Shown here: positions 38,832 to 48,991 of the stretch, piece by piece
How positions within the stretch are numbered: position 1 is the stretch's first letter
Layout of the letters: every line of letters starts with the position of its first letter
Source of the DNA: Opitutia bacterium
Lineage (GTDB): Bacteria; Verrucomicrobiota; Verrucomicrobiia; Opitutales; Opitutaceae
NCBI GenBank assembly: GCA_947478395.1
Contig: CANJVR010000001.1
Span: 288,001-352,000 of the forward strand
Direction of reading: 5' to 3'
Length of the DNA: 64,000 bases
Program-made: the position numbers and the translations under genes
Notes under the pieces: generated by a model
Database searches by the model: none
Told to the model about the DNA's origin: nothing
Seen by the model: the letters and a program-made list of their open reading frames with translations, nothing else

Positions 38832-39737
38832 TCAGTTCGTTGCGGACCGCAGGTATTTGTCCAGATACGCCAGCACGAGCGGGCGCAGATCACGCTCCTT
38901 AGGCTCTAGGTCAAACGTGTGCGGGGCTCCTGGGATCAGAACCAGTTCGTGGGGCACGCCCGCTTTTTTCAAAACGGCGGCCAGCAGCTCACTCTGGTCG
39001 ACTTTGACCGTGTCATCGGCCGTGCCGTGGACCAGCAGCATCGGGGCATCGTTCGCATCCGCGTAGTTGGTGGGCGAACCGCGGCGATAAAGCTCCGGCG
39101 CCTCAGCGCGCGTCTTCGCGAACATTTTCATGTCGTGATAAGTCATCAGGTCGACGGCGCCATAGAAATCGATCGCGCAGCGCACGGCCGCCGAAATTTC
39201 CGGATAGGGGCTCGCCGCGTCGAATTCATCGCGAGGGCCAGTGAGGGCGAGCATGCCCGCGAGGTTGCCGCCTGCCGAACAGCCAATCACCGCAATACGG
39301 GTGGGATCGAGCCCGAGACGGTCGGCGTTTTTTCGCAGCCAGCGCACCGAGGCCTTTGCGTCGTAAACGGGCTGCGGCCACGTCGCGACGCCCTTTTCCT
39401 TCGCGAGTCGGTAGTTGATACTCATGCCGACATAGTCGTGCAGCGCGAGCGTGCGCCCGATGTTGATTTCCCGCGGTCGGCCTTTGTCGCCGTCGTTGAA
39501 GCCACCACCGTGAATGATAACAACCGCAGGGAGTTTACGACCTGTCGGCATGGTCAGTGGAAAATAAAGGTCGGCCTTTTCCGCCCGGTTGTCCGGCAAG
39601 TAAGCGACGTCGTGTTCGATGCGGACGTCCGTCGGCCAGACCACCGGTTTCAGCGGGGCGGGCGCTGGCGTTTGCGCGCGCACGACGCACGGGGAATACG
39701 AGCCAATCAGAGCGAGAAAAAGAAATCGTTTCATCAC
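38832..39737 (-). CDS. Alpha/beta hydrolase (BD-FAE / carbohydrate esterase-like)
   Basis: IHGGGF, GCSAGG, HGTADD, PH. Confidence 0.9.
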   Translation of the reverse strand: MMKRFLFLALIGSYSPCVVRAQTPAPAPLKPVVWPTDVRIEHDVAYLPDNRAEKADLYFPLTMPTGRKLPAVVIIHGGGFNDGDKGRPREINIGRTLALHDYVGMSINYRLAKEKGVATWPQPVYDAKASVRWLRKNADRLGLDPTRIAVIGCSAGGNLAGMLALTGPRDEFDAASPYPEISAAVRCAIDFYGAVDLMTYHDMKMFAKTRAEAPELYRRGSPTNYADANDAPMLLVHGTADDTVKVDQSELLAAVLKKAGVPHELVLIPGAPHTFDLEPKERDLRPLVLAYLDKYLRSATN

Positions 39738-39741
39738 GGGT

Positions 39742-41295
39742 TCAAAGGCCGGGAATCGCGTCGTGCAGCGGCGTGGAGCGCGCCGCGCTCAGGGCCATCT
39801 CGGTCCGCTCTGCGATCACCACGGGGAAATCGAAGAGCGGCAGGTCCGCGAATACGGCCACGCCATTTTCATCGCGCGGCACCGGCAGCGTCTGCACGGA
39901 CCCGTCGAGCAAGTTGACGAGCACCGGCGCCGTGAATTTTACGCCCGGCACCTGCAACGAAATCCGCGCGGGTTTCGGCGTGTATTCCTGCGGTTGCCAA
40001 GGGAGCCAGTAAGCCACGAGCGAGGCTCCTTGGGCGGTGCGATAACCCGTGACCAGCGGAACCGACGGATAGGCGTCGTCCGCGTCGCCCACGCCGGAAA
40101 ACTGACCGGGATCGCGCACGGTGACGACCGGCTTGGTGGCAAACTCGACGGGCCGATAGCGCGCGTCGAAAAGCGCCGTGAGATTTTGATAGGCGTAAAA
40201 GGCGGGCTTCGGCGTGAGGTCGGGGTTCGAGAGGAGACATTTTTCGTTCACCCCCTTGCCGCGGACCCGCCGACCGGTCGCTTCCGCCGGAAATCCGAGC
40301 AAAAGATCGACCGGCTTCAATTCCGGGCGCGCTTGTTTTTCGGCGCGATCTCCACCGTCGTAGAGTTTGAAGAAATTACTCAGCGAGCAGCGCATGAAAA
40401 AAGTGTCCACGAAAGACTGCCGCAGCAGCCACTTGGCCTGTACGATCGGACCCCACGGACTCATTCCCCGAAAATCCTTTGTACTACTGGCGGACGGATA
40501 GCCGCACTCGCCCTGCCAAAGTTGCAGCTTCGGATTGTGGGCCTTAAGCGCGGTCCAGGTATCGTCGGCAAAATAGATCCGGGCCTCGGGCAACGGGGCG
40601 TAGTTGTGAAAGGAAACGATATCGACGGCGTGCGCGGTATCCTCGGCCAAGAACCCGGAGACAAACTGCGGATCGAGCCCGGCGAGCGCACCGGCGATGA
40701 TCACCGCATCGGGCTGTGCGGCGCGAATGCGCGCGGCCGTGAGCCGGACCAGTTTGCCGTACGACGCAGCATCAGGCGGCCCGCCCCAGTAGGCGTAGTG
40801 ATTGGGCTCGTTCCAGATTTCCCAGTGCGTGACCCGATCCTTCGCGTGGGCAATCACTGCGTCCACATAGCGGAGCCAGGCGGCCATCGCCGCGTCGTCG
40901 AGAATCGGCGGCGCAGGCTTCACGCCATAGATGAGCCGCCAATTCGGATCGGGATTAGGGATCGTCCCGGAGTAAAGTTTGTTGCCGTTGCTGATGCAGA
41001 CGAAGGGCGTGATCCCATGGGCGCGCGCGGCGTTGACCGGCTCATCGAGCGACGAAAAATCGTAACGCCCTTTTTCCCGCTCGATGGTCGGCCAGACGGC
41101 GAGAAACCGGGTCCACTTCACCCCGAGTTCTCCGGCGCGATCAAAAAGCGTCACACGCTCGTTGTCTCCGGCCTGCACCCCCCAAGGGGAGGCCACCGTA
41201 TCAGCCGAACGCCGCGGGGTGAGATACCCCACGGGCGCGGCCACCAAGCGAGCGGCGGCGACGATGAGGCCAGCCATGATCCAGTGCGATTTCAT
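39742..41295 (-). CDS. Clan GH-A glycoside hydrolase (GH39/GH5-like)
   Basis: GVKWTR, HWEIWNEPN acid/base, SFHNY, LWQGECG nucleophile. Confidence 0.8.
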   Translation of the reverse strand: MKSHWIMAGLIVAAARLVAAPVGYLTPRRSADTVASPWGVQAGDNERVTLFDRAGELGVKWTRFLAVWPTIEREKGRYDFSSLDEPVNAARAHGITPFVCISNGNKLYSGTIPNPDPNWRLIYGVKPAPPILDDAAMAAWLRYVDAVIAHAKDRVTHWEIWNEPNHYAYWGGPPDAASYGKLVRLTAARIRAAQPDAVIIAGALAGLDPQFVSGFLAEDTAHAVDIVSFHNYAPLPEARIYFADDTWTALKAHNPKLQLWQGECGYPSASSTKDFRGMSPWGPIVQAKWLLRQSFVDTFFMRCSLSNFFKLYDGGDRAEKQARPELKPVDLLLGFPAEATGRRVRGKGVNEKCLLSNPDLTPKPAFYAYQNLTALFDARYRPVEFATKPVVTVRDPGQFSGVGDADDAYPSVPLVTGYRTAQGASLVAYWLPWQPQEYTPKPARISLQVPGVKFTAPVLVNLLDGSVQTLPVPRDENGVAVFADLPLFDFPVVIAERTEMALSAARSTPLHDAIPGL

Positions 41296-41298
41296 CGG

Positions 41299-43692
41299 TC
41301 AGAATTTGGTGGTGGCGCTGAAGCGGAAGCTGCGGAGGTCACCTTTGCTCTGCAGACCTTCCATGATCTTTTTGTTTTCCACATTGCGCACGGAGGCGTT
41401 GAACGACACCGGGCGGCCCAAGATTTTGGCGCGGTAACTCGCGCCAAGATCAACGCGGATGTAGCCCGGCATGTAATTCGTCACGAGCCCAGTGGTGCTG
41501 CTCACGCTGTCCGCGCGAAATCCGTCGACCCAGATCACGGCGTTGTTAATCGACAAGTCCTTCAGCGCACCGCTCTGGAAGGTATACTTGTGGAAGAAAC
41601 TGCCATTGGAACGCGGGCGGCCCGTGATCGGACCACCGTTGCGGATGGGGTTGTCCGGGGAAACGAGCCCCGTATCTATGTACGAAAAGTTGGCCGCGAT
41701 TTGGTAGCCGCGCACCGGCGCGAAGAGGACCTGGCCTTCGATCCCCCGTGATTTTTCCCCGTTGTCCTGGATGCTCCGCGCGCCGCTGGGCAGAAAGCCG
41801 AGCGCGGTGATGATTTCCGAATCGCTCAACTGACGGCGGGTGTTGGTCCGGTTGAGCTGAAACACGGCGGTCTCGAAACCGAGCTTACCGTCGAGGAAAG
41901 ACGTTTTCGCCCCGAACTCGAAGCTCTTGCCCGACTCTGGCTTGGTCAAAAGATTGCCGAAAACGTCGATGCCGGTCGGGACGCCCGAGAACGAACTGCT
42001 GGAGGACGCGTAGACGGAGAACGCCTTCCAGGGCCGAAAGAGCAGTCCAATCGTACCGGAGGTCGCATTTTCATACGGGAGCTGCTGGCGGACCGCGAGG
42101 GCGTTGGACGTTCCACTCAAGGCCGAGTTGGCGCCGTGGTCGCGACGAACGCCGCCCAGAAGATGCCAGTGGTCGTCGGCCGTGCTGATCACGTTGGTGA
42201 AGGAAGCAGCGCCACGCACCACGTTCTGCGCGACGTAGCTGTTTGGCGCGCTATAACGGGAAAGGTCGGTCATCTCCGCCCACGCCGGTTGAAACGCATT
42301 TGTCGGGAGCGGTCCCGACTGCGAAGTGGGGAATTTGTAGCGCGTGAGCGCAGTCGGGTTGGTCGAAGGCGCGGCGCCGAGCGCCGTGCTGCTGGAATTA
42401 GGCGTATCGTAGCGGTCACGCCAATTGCGCGATTCGATCCGCTCCAGTCCGAGGATCGCCTCATGCTTGAGCCCGAAGTACGTAAACTTCCCGCGGAGAT
42501 CCGCCGAATAACTCCAGATATCCCAAGTCTCATCATCTTTCGTCGCCGCCCAACGGATCTCATCGGGCACGACGTTGCCCTCAACGCTACCGAGCAAGGG
42601 ATTCACAAACCGGGCGATGATCGTCGAAGCACTGCCCGAAAGGCGCAGATCGCGGCGATCGCTTTTCGACCACGTGGTCGCGCCGCGAAACGAAACTATA
42701 TCGTTGAAACGGTGCTGCACGTCTCCGCCGACGCGGAACGTTTCCTGGGTGCGAAGATTATTGGGTCCGAAAGGATTGAAGTCCCACGGCACAATGCTCT
42801 CGGGCACGTAACCGAAAGCGTACGCGCCAGCCGCCGGCGAGGCCGTAGCGCTGGTCGCACTCGTCGTGGTCGGAATCCGGATGCCGGGGACGGCAATCGC
42901 GACGTTACCCTCGTACTTGATCGTCTCGGCGCGAGCGCTGACGATGGTGTCAGGGGTAAGGCGATACGACGCCGTGAGGTAGCCGACGCGGCGGGTGCTG
43001 CTCTCCCACGCGCGCCAGCTGTTGCCATCCTGGTAAGCCAGGACGGCGCGCAGCGCGAGTTTGGGCGTCACCGGCTGATTCACATCAACCTCGGCGCGAA
43101 AATATTCCCACGAGCCGGTGCTGACCTTTACACTCGTCTCCGCCTTTGTGCGCGGGCGCTTGCTGATCTCGTTGATCATACCGCCCGGCTCCACGACTCC
43201 CGACAGCAAGGAGCTCGGACCGCGCAACACTTCGATTCGATCGATGGAGGCATTGTCGTTGATCATGCCGACGAATCCTTCCTTCACGCCGTCCCGGTAG
43301 TGGCGGTTTTGCCGCATACCACGCACGGTAAAAGTATTGTTGTCGAAGACCGCGTCCTGTTTGCCCTGCGAAGTCACGCCGGTCATGAAAGCCGCGGCGT
43401 CGCTCATGGTGTCGGCGCCGATGTCGGCCAGAAACTCACTCGTCAGCACTTGAATCGAGCGCGGAAGATCTTGAATCGGGACATTCGTGCGTGTGCCTGA
43501 CATCGAGCTGGACGCCGCCCAGGAATTGTCGGTCGCCGCCGCGCCGACCGAAAATTCCGGCAACGCGACGACCTCGTCCGCGGGAATCGGACTCGGAGCA
43601 GGACGCGACGTTGGCGTCTGCGCCGCCACGATGTTAATTGAGGCGAGGAATCCGGCCAGGATCAGATTTCGGCGGGTGAATAGGGAGGTCAT
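41299..43692 (-). CDS. TonB-dependent receptor
   Basis: Plug motif IDRIEVLRGPSSLL-x-G-x-x-EPGG-x-IN; beta-barrel; terminal Phe. Confidence 0.93.
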   Translation of the reverse strand: MTSLFTRRNLILAGFLASINIVAAQTPTSRPAPSPIPADEVVALPEFSVGAAATDNSWAASSSMSGTRTNVPIQDLPRSIQVLTSEFLADIGADTMSDAAAFMTGVTSQGKQDAVFDNNTFTVRGMRQNRHYRDGVKEGFVGMINDNASIDRIEVLRGPSSLLSGVVEPGGMINEISKRPRTKAETSVKVSTGSWEYFRAEVDVNQPVTPKLALRAVLAYQDGNSWRAWESSTRRVGYLTASYRLTPDTIVSARAETIKYEGNVAIAVPGIRIPTTTSATSATASPAAGAYAFGYVPESIVPWDFNPFGPNNLRTQETFRVGGDVQHRFNDIVSFRGATTWSKSDRRDLRLSGSASTIIARFVNPLLGSVEGNVVPDEIRWAATKDDETWDIWSYSADLRGKFTYFGLKHEAILGLERIESRNWRDRYDTPNSSSTALGAAPSTNPTALTRYKFPTSQSGPLPTNAFQPAWAEMTDLSRYSAPNSYVAQNVVRGAASFTNVISTADDHWHLLGGVRRDHGANSALSGTSNALAVRQQLPYENATSGTIGLLFRPWKAFSVYASSSSSFSGVPTGIDVFGNLLTKPESGKSFEFGAKTSFLDGKLGFETAVFQLNRTNTRRQLSDSEIITALGFLPSGARSIQDNGEKSRGIEGQVLFAPVRGYQIAANFSYIDTGLVSPDNPIRNGGPITGRPRSNGSFFHKYTFQSGALKDLSINNAVIWVDGFRADSVSSTTGLVTNYMPGYIRVDLGASYRAKILGRPVSFNASVRNVENKKIMEGLQSKGDLRSFRFSATTKF

Positions 43693-43758
43693 GCTAGTTG
43701 GGGAATGGTGGAACGCGCGCGACGAATCGTGAGGTCCGAATCTGATCGCTGTGGGGAG

Positions 43759-43787
43759 TAATGACCGTGACGGGGCTGACGTTAGCA
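43759..43787 (-). promoter_or_regulatory. Putative ECF promoter TGCTAACG-N14-GTCATTA upstream of the TonB receptor
   Basis: Same half-sites and spacing as the site upstream of the sigma gene. Confidence 0.75.
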
Positions 43788-43857
43788 GCGAATCGTAACA
43801 ATTCCGCCGGCGTCACCCCTTGGGGATTGGCGCCACAAGCGGGCCCCGCCAGCCCGA

Positions 43858-45546
43858 TTAAGGCGCGACCGCCAGTTTGGATGAATCGACGCGACCCTGG
43901 AGAAACAGCTGGTAAATTTCCTCGGCGGTGAGCGCGCGGGAGAACAACGCGAATTCATCGATCTTGCCGATGAAACTGCGATCCAGGTAACCGCCGCCAG
44001 CGAGACGCCGGCCGCGCTCGGTTTCGGGCGCTATGCCCCAATTGCCCAGTTCGACGCTGCCGAGTTGCCCAGGAACCAATTCTCTAAATTTTCCCGAGCC
44101 CACGCTTTTGCCGTCGACGTAGTGCTCGACTAAGCCGGTACGGAAATCCACCACCGACACGAGGTGCACCCAGAGTCCCAAACGCTCCAGCGGAATCGCA
44201 ACTCCCGAAATTACGCGTTGCGTGCTGGCTGGATCAGCCAGGCCATGATCGTCGATCAACAGTTGCGTCAGCGCGAGCTGTCCTTGCTGCGTCAACTGCC
44301 AGCGGAGCACGCCGCGACGATAACTATCCGAAACTAAAAGCGCGTTGTAGCGATGCGACAAACTGTCGGCCCGCACCCAGGCCGAAAACGTCGACGCCGT
44401 CATCTCCCCCGGGACCATCAACCGCACGCGATCGCCAACGCCCTTGAATTCAAGCGCGCCCTTCCCCGGCCACCGGCCCTCGCTCCATTGACAGCCGATG
44501 AGCGTGCCAACTTCCGAGCCCGCGGGGCGAGGCGCACGGTTTTGCACCACCCGCTCGTCTGCGGCCTGGCCTTCGAAATCAAAACGCACGAGCAAAGAAG
44601 GGTCGCGATTCAGACTGCTCTCAACTCCGCGCCATTCGGCCAGGCGTAAACGGGTTTCGCTTTGCTGTCGGAGAGCGAGTTCGGCCGCAGTCGCGTAGTG
44701 CGCCGCCGGCGCCGTCACGGCTCGCACCGTGCCCGCGGCATCGATGCTGACGCCCTGCCCTTCTAGCACTTCGCGGCGCTCCGTCGGCCTTGCGGTGAGC
44801 GTCAGACGAGCCACTCCTTTGTTTACAAACACCTCGCCTTCTCCCCCGGGTGCAACCTGCAGGCCGAACGAACCGCGCAAATCGACGAGCGCAAATTTAG
44901 GCGAACCCACGCCGAAGCCTCGCGCCGGTTCCGGTACCGCCGCGCTGATGCGGCCCAACTGGCAATAGGCTTCGTTTTCCGAGCGAATTTCAATTTCCGC
45001 CGGCCCTTCGACAATCACACTGGCCCCGTTGAAGAATTCGAGTTGCACCCATCCGGCCTTGAACCGCAACCAGCCCGGCTCCAGCACCGCGCCCGCCGCG
45101 GGAGCCGACGCCGCATCGTTCCATCGCACGCCGGCCAACCGCGCGACGGTGGCCACGCCGCGCGTGCGCGGTTCGAGTTCCGCGACGTCCACCGCCGTGG
45201 GCCGCAGCGGAGTGACACCCCGTTGACGAAAAGAAACGGACCATAGCGCTACGGCGATCAACGCGGCGGTCGCGAGACTTACCCACGCCCAACTCGGCCG
45301 GACCGACCAACGGCGTCGCCGCCCCGGTCCGGCCCGGCCTTGCCCCATGCTATCGGATTGCGCGAGGCCCAGCCATTCGAGTTGCGCGGCGCGTTGGAGC
45401 AACCCGTGCATCGAGGCATGGCGCCAGAAAAAGCGCCGCGCCTCAGCGGAACTCGTAAGCAGCAGGCTCAGCTCCGCCGCTTCGGCTGGCGTGAGGCGAT
45501 CCTCGAGATGGGCGTCGACCAGTTTTTGCAGGTGCGTTTCGTTCAC
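43858..45546 (-). CDS. FecR-type anti-sigma factor with C-terminal LamG domain
   Basis: N-terminal anti-sigma helices, TM segment, FecR-like (VIVEGPAE...VDL), LamG (FIGKIDEFALFSRALTAEEI); GTGA overlap with the sigma gene. Confidence 0.88.
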   Translation of the reverse strand: MNETHLQKLVDAHLEDRLTPAEAAELSLLLTSSAEARRFFWRHASMHGLLQRAAQLEWLGLAQSDSMGQGRAGPGRRRRWSVRPSWAWVSLATAALIAVALWSVSFRQRGVTPLRPTAVDVAELEPRTRGVATVARLAGVRWNDAASAPAAGAVLEPGWLRFKAGWVQLEFFNGASVIVEGPAEIEIRSENEAYCQLGRISAAVPEPARGFGVGSPKFALVDLRGSFGLQVAPGGEGEVFVNKGVARLTLTARPTERREVLEGQGVSIDAAGTVRAVTAPAAHYATAAELALRQQSETRLRLAEWRGVESSLNRDPSLLVRFDFEGQAADERVVQNRAPRPAGSEVGTLIGCQWSEGRWPGKGALEFKGVGDRVRLMVPGEMTASTFSAWVRADSLSHRYNALLVSDSYRRGVLRWQLTQQGQLALTQLLIDDHGLADPASTQRVISGVAIPLERLGLWVHLVSVVDFRTGLVEHYVDGKSVGSGKFRELVPGQLGSVELGNWGIAPETERGRRLAGGGYLDRSFIGKIDEFALFSRALTAEEIYQLFLQGRVDSSKLAVAP

Positions 45547-46097
45547 GACACGACCTCCTTTAATTTTGATTCCACGCACGCGCGCAAAACGCCGCGCGCC
45601 CGCGTGAGAGCCACCCGAACGGCGCCAGGCGTCCACGCCACGTGTTTCGCGATTTCCTCCGGCTCACGCGCTCCTTGATAGCGCAGCCAAATCATCTCTC
45701 TCGCGCGCGGCGCGAGGCGGTGCAGACAGTCGCGCAGGGCGCCGAGCCGGGTGTCGAAAAAGTCTTCTTTGGGTAACTCGGCGCACAAACTTTCAATCGC
45801 CTCATCGGAGATTCGCGCGGCCTGTTGATTCTGACGCCGCCGGAACTCCAGCACCTTGAACCGCGCGATCGTACACGCCCACGCCAGAAAATTGGTCCCG
45901 ATTGAGAACGTGTCAGCCTTCTGCGAAATCACGAGAAACGTCTCCTGCAAAATATCTTCAGCCTCCGTGAACCCGGGTTGCAGCGAAAGGATGAACGCGA
46001 GCAGATTGCCCTGATTGGTCACGAACAGTTGCTGCACACGCAAAACGTGGCTCACAGATTTTTTGTCCGGCGTGGAGTTGCGGTCTTCGATGTTCAT
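45543..46097 (-). CDS. ECF sigma-70 factor (TIGR02989-like)
   Basis: AEDILQETF, GTNFLAWACTIARF, LRDCL, region 4 HTH. Confidence 0.92.
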   Translation of the reverse strand: MNIEDRNSTPDKKSVSHVLRVQQLFVTNQGNLLAFILSLQPGFTEAEDILQETFLVISQKADTFSIGTNFLAWACTIARFKVLEFRRRQNQQAARISDEAIESLCAELPKEDFFDTRLGALRDCLHRLAPRAREMIWLRYQGAREPEEIAKHVAWTPGAVRVALTRARGVLRACVESKLKEVVS

Positions 46098-46109
46098 GAG
46101 CCCTCCGCA

Positions 46110-46138
46110 TAATGACGGAAAAATTCCCGGCGTTAGCA
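46110..46138 (-). promoter_or_regulatory. Putative autoregulatory ECF promoter TGCTAACG-N14-GTCATTA
   Basis: Ends 12 nt before the sigma ATG; duplicate of the motif at 43759-43787. Confidence 0.75.
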
Positions 46139-46343
46139 AAGTTCTTAGAGCGCAGAGCCCGTGACGGAAAAGGCGCCAGTCCCGCCGACCGATCGAGCAC
46201 GTTCCGATCGGGTTCTGCCAACTTTTGCCGGTGAGATTCGTTCCGGTCCATCGACTCGGCCATTCATCCCCCTCGGCGGTTCCCGGCCAAAGCGTCCGCG
46301 TCCCGCCGTTGTACGATCCCCGGTAAAAATCTTCCGGGTCGCC

Positions 46344-47231
46344 TCATTGCCTGAGGGCGGTCTTCGCCGCGTTGAAATCGGGGTTCAGGAGCTTGGCCGC
46401 GGCATAGGAATCCGCGGCTTCTGCCGCCCGGCCTTGCTTTGCGAGGATATCGCCCATGCGGGATCGCACGTTCGCCTGGGTCGGATATCCGTCGCCACCC
46501 GGCGGGGTGAGTTTCAAACAGCGACGCAAGGCGCTTAGCCCGGCATCGAGACGCTCGCCACTCACCGCGGCGCACCGGCCGACGTGATAGTTCGCGAGGA
46601 AATCATCCGGATTTATCCGCAAGACAGATTCGAAGAGAGCAAACGCCGCATCGTAGTTCCGCTCGGCCAAATGAATCGTCGCGAATGCGATTCGTCCATT
46701 GGCCGGATCTAATTTCTCGATCTCAGCCGCCTGCGCGTAAGCGGAGTCACGACTGCCGCCGGCGATGCGCGGCGCGATGAGATAAAATCCGAGCAGACTC
46801 CACCGATGGGCGGGATTGCGCGGCGCGAGTTCAACGGCGCGTTCGTACGCGGTCCGGCATTTGCGCGCCCAGCCAAGTTTAGCCAGAAGGGGCGCCTTCT
46901 GTGCTGCGAGGCCATACGCGTCACCGAGCGCATTGAATACGCGCGCATCGCCGGGGGTGCGCGCCGCGAGTTTTTCCAACCGCGAGAGCGCCTCGTCGCA
47001 ATCATCGAACCACAACGCGAGCCGGCCGAGGTGAAATTCAATGTCCGGATCTCCGGCTGCATCGCGAGCCAGCGAAGCGAAAGCCGCGCGCGCCGCGGAA
47101 TAGTTGCACGCTTCGTAAAGCGCGAACGCCTGCTCAAGCCCAACGCGCGGAACCGCCCGTGCCGGACCTGCGACCACCAATAATAGCAGACACCAACCGA
47201 CCTTGCTCGCACGCCCGCGCATCATCGCCAT
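46344..47231 (-). CDS. Secreted tetratricopeptide-repeat protein
   Basis: Signal peptide and TPR-like helices; YLIAPRIAGGS motif. Confidence 0.8.
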   Translation of the reverse strand: MAMMRGRASKVGWCLLLLVVAGPARAVPRVGLEQAFALYEACNYSAARAAFASLARDAAGDPDIEFHLGRLALWFDDCDEALSRLEKLAARTPGDARVFNALGDAYGLAAQKAPLLAKLGWARKCRTAYERAVELAPRNPAHRWSLLGFYLIAPRIAGGSRDSAYAQAAEIEKLDPANGRIAFATIHLAERNYDAAFALFESVLRINPDDFLANYHVGRCAAVSGERLDAGLSALRRCLKLTPPGGDGYPTQANVRSRMGDILAKQGRAAEAADSYAAAKLLNPDFNAAKTALRQ

Positions 47232-47494
47232 TTTTTCCCGCCGTCTCCCGAGCCCAAGGGGGAAGAGGTTGGGGGGTGAAGGTCCGAAGCGATCAAACAC
47301 GGCGTAATATTCTAAGTTACATCGGTGACAAACCGCAGACGGCCAGGTGACAAACACGCCACAATCGGGACCCGACGAGCCGAAGGCTCGGAGGGGGATC
47401 AGGTCGGACCTATTTCCCTCAATCGTTGGATTTCTCACCCCACGCGTCGAACCTCGCCTTGCCACCGAGCCGCCGGCTGCCGGATGGTGGGACG

Positions 47495-48052
47495 GTGAAT
47501 CCAAGCGAAAAACTCTGCCTCGCGTGCGGCCTGTGCTGCGACGGCACCCTCTTCGACCTCGTGAAGCTCGAAGGAGGCGACGATGCCGCGAAACTGAAAG
47601 CGCTCGGACTGCCCGTCACGGTTTCGCGAGGCAAGACGCCGATCGCCCGTTTTCCCCAACCGTGCTCCGCCTTGTGCGAGGATCGCACGTGCCGGGTCTA
47701 TGCAGATCGTCCCTGGCAATGCCGGGTCTTCGAATGCGGTGTGCTTAAAAACGCAAAAGCGGGCCGCGTGACCTTTGCGGCCGCGTTGCGGCTGGTGCAA
47801 AAGAGCCGGCGGCTAGCGGACAAAGTGCGCCGGCTCCTCCGTGAGCTGGGCGACACTGAGGAACACCGCGCCTTGGGCGAACGTTTCCACCGCATGTCAG
47901 ATCGCCTGGAATTCGGGAAGACTGACGCCGACGCTAACGCCAAGTTCGCCGACCTGAGCCTGGCGATGCACCACCTCAAATTACAGGCGCTCAATAAATT
48001 TTATACCAAGACCGAAGTAAAAGAGTCCGCCTCAGCGGGCCGTGCAGACTGA
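47495..48052 (+). CDS. YkgJ family cysteine-cluster protein
   Basis: CLACGLCCDG...C..L...C.VY..RP..CR.FEC. Confidence 0.88.
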   Translation: MNPSEKLCLACGLCCDGTLFDLVKLEGGDDAAKLKALGLPVTVSRGKTPIARFPQPCSALCEDRTCRVYADRPWQCRVFECGVLKNAKAGRVTFAAALRLVQKSRRLADKVRRLLRELGDTEEHRALGERFHRMSDRLEFGKTDADANAKFADLSLAMHHLKLQALNKFYTKTEVKESASAGRAD

Positions 48053-48074
48053 CTGAGTCCCGGGGACGCCAATG

Positions 48075-48204
48075 CACCAAAAGCGTAGCCGCTAAAAGCG
48101 CAGCGCACTAACGACGTAGCGGCAGGCGTCCCTGCCTGCCGAAATAAGGACGCGAACCTGGCAGGCCGAGACACCTGCCGCTTCCCAAAACGGCCAGGGA
48201 AAAA
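48075..48204 (-). repeat. REPIN-like element copy 4 (reverse orientation)
   Basis: cactaacgacgtagcggcaggcgtccctgcctgccgaaa...caaaacggccagggaaaaa matches the revcomp of copy 1. Confidence 0.88.
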
Positions 48205-48215
48205 CTCAAACAGCC

Positions 48216-48962
48216 CTAGATCGCGCCGGCTTCGACGAAGAAATTTTGAGCGGTGCACATGGCCGCGTCGTCCGAGGCCAAGAACAACGCCATGCGGGCG
48301 ATGTACACCGGCTCGATCGGATCGGGCAGACACTGCGCGGCGAGTTGCGCGGCCAGTTTTTCCGGCGTCAACCAGAGCGTTTTCTGCCGCTCGGTCATAG
48401 TCCAACCCGGCACGAGGGTATTGACGCGAATCCGGTGCGGGCCGAGGTCGCGCGCGAAGGAGCGCGTCATGCCGTGCACCGCCGCCTTCGCGGTCGCGTA
48501 AGCAGGAAAGCCGCCGGAAGCGCGCCACCAGGAATCCGAGCCGAGATTGATGATGGCGCCGCCGCCGGCCTCGATCATCGCCGGCGCGACGGCCTGGATG
48601 GCGAAGAACATGTGGCGGATATTGGCGGCGAGGCGCTCGTCGAAATACTCGGGCGTGACCTCGCGCCAATCGTGGCGATCGTCACGCGCGGCATTGTTGA
48701 CGAGCACCGCAGCGGGTCCGATTTTCGCGGCGAGTGCGGCGAAGGCACGTTTCAACGCGACGATATCGCGCAGATCGCACGCTTCAAAGGCCGCGCCAAT
48801 TTCCTGCGCCAGCGCCGCCCCGCGCGCGACGTCGAGATCGATGAAGCCGACGCGCGCGCCCTGCCCCGCGAAGGCGCGGACGATCTCCGCCCCGATGCCG
48901 GAAGCGCCGCCGGTGACCACGATGACTTTGCCTTCGAGGCTGGGATATTTTGCGAACGCCAT
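48216..48962 (-). CDS. SDR oxidoreductase, D-xylose dehydrogenase-like
   Basis: YPSL-x-GK..VTGGASGIG, NNAARDDRH, YATAK, QCL; resembles Caulobacter xylose dehydrogenase as recalled from memory. Confidence 0.85.
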   Translation of the reverse strand: MAFAKYPSLEGKVIVVTGGASGIGAEIVRAFAGQGARVGFIDLDVARGAALAQEIGAAFEACDLRDIVALKRAFAALAAKIGPAAVLVNNAARDDRHDWREVTPEYFDERLAANIRHMFFAIQAVAPAMIEAGGGAIINLGSDSWWRASGGFPAYATAKAAVHGMTRSFARDLGPHRIRVNTLVPGWTMTERQKTLWLTPEKLAAQLAAQCLPDPIEPVYIARMALFLASDDAAMCTAQNFFVEAGAI

Positions 48963-48991
48963 TGGAATGGGAAATAATTGACCGGCGTTTG

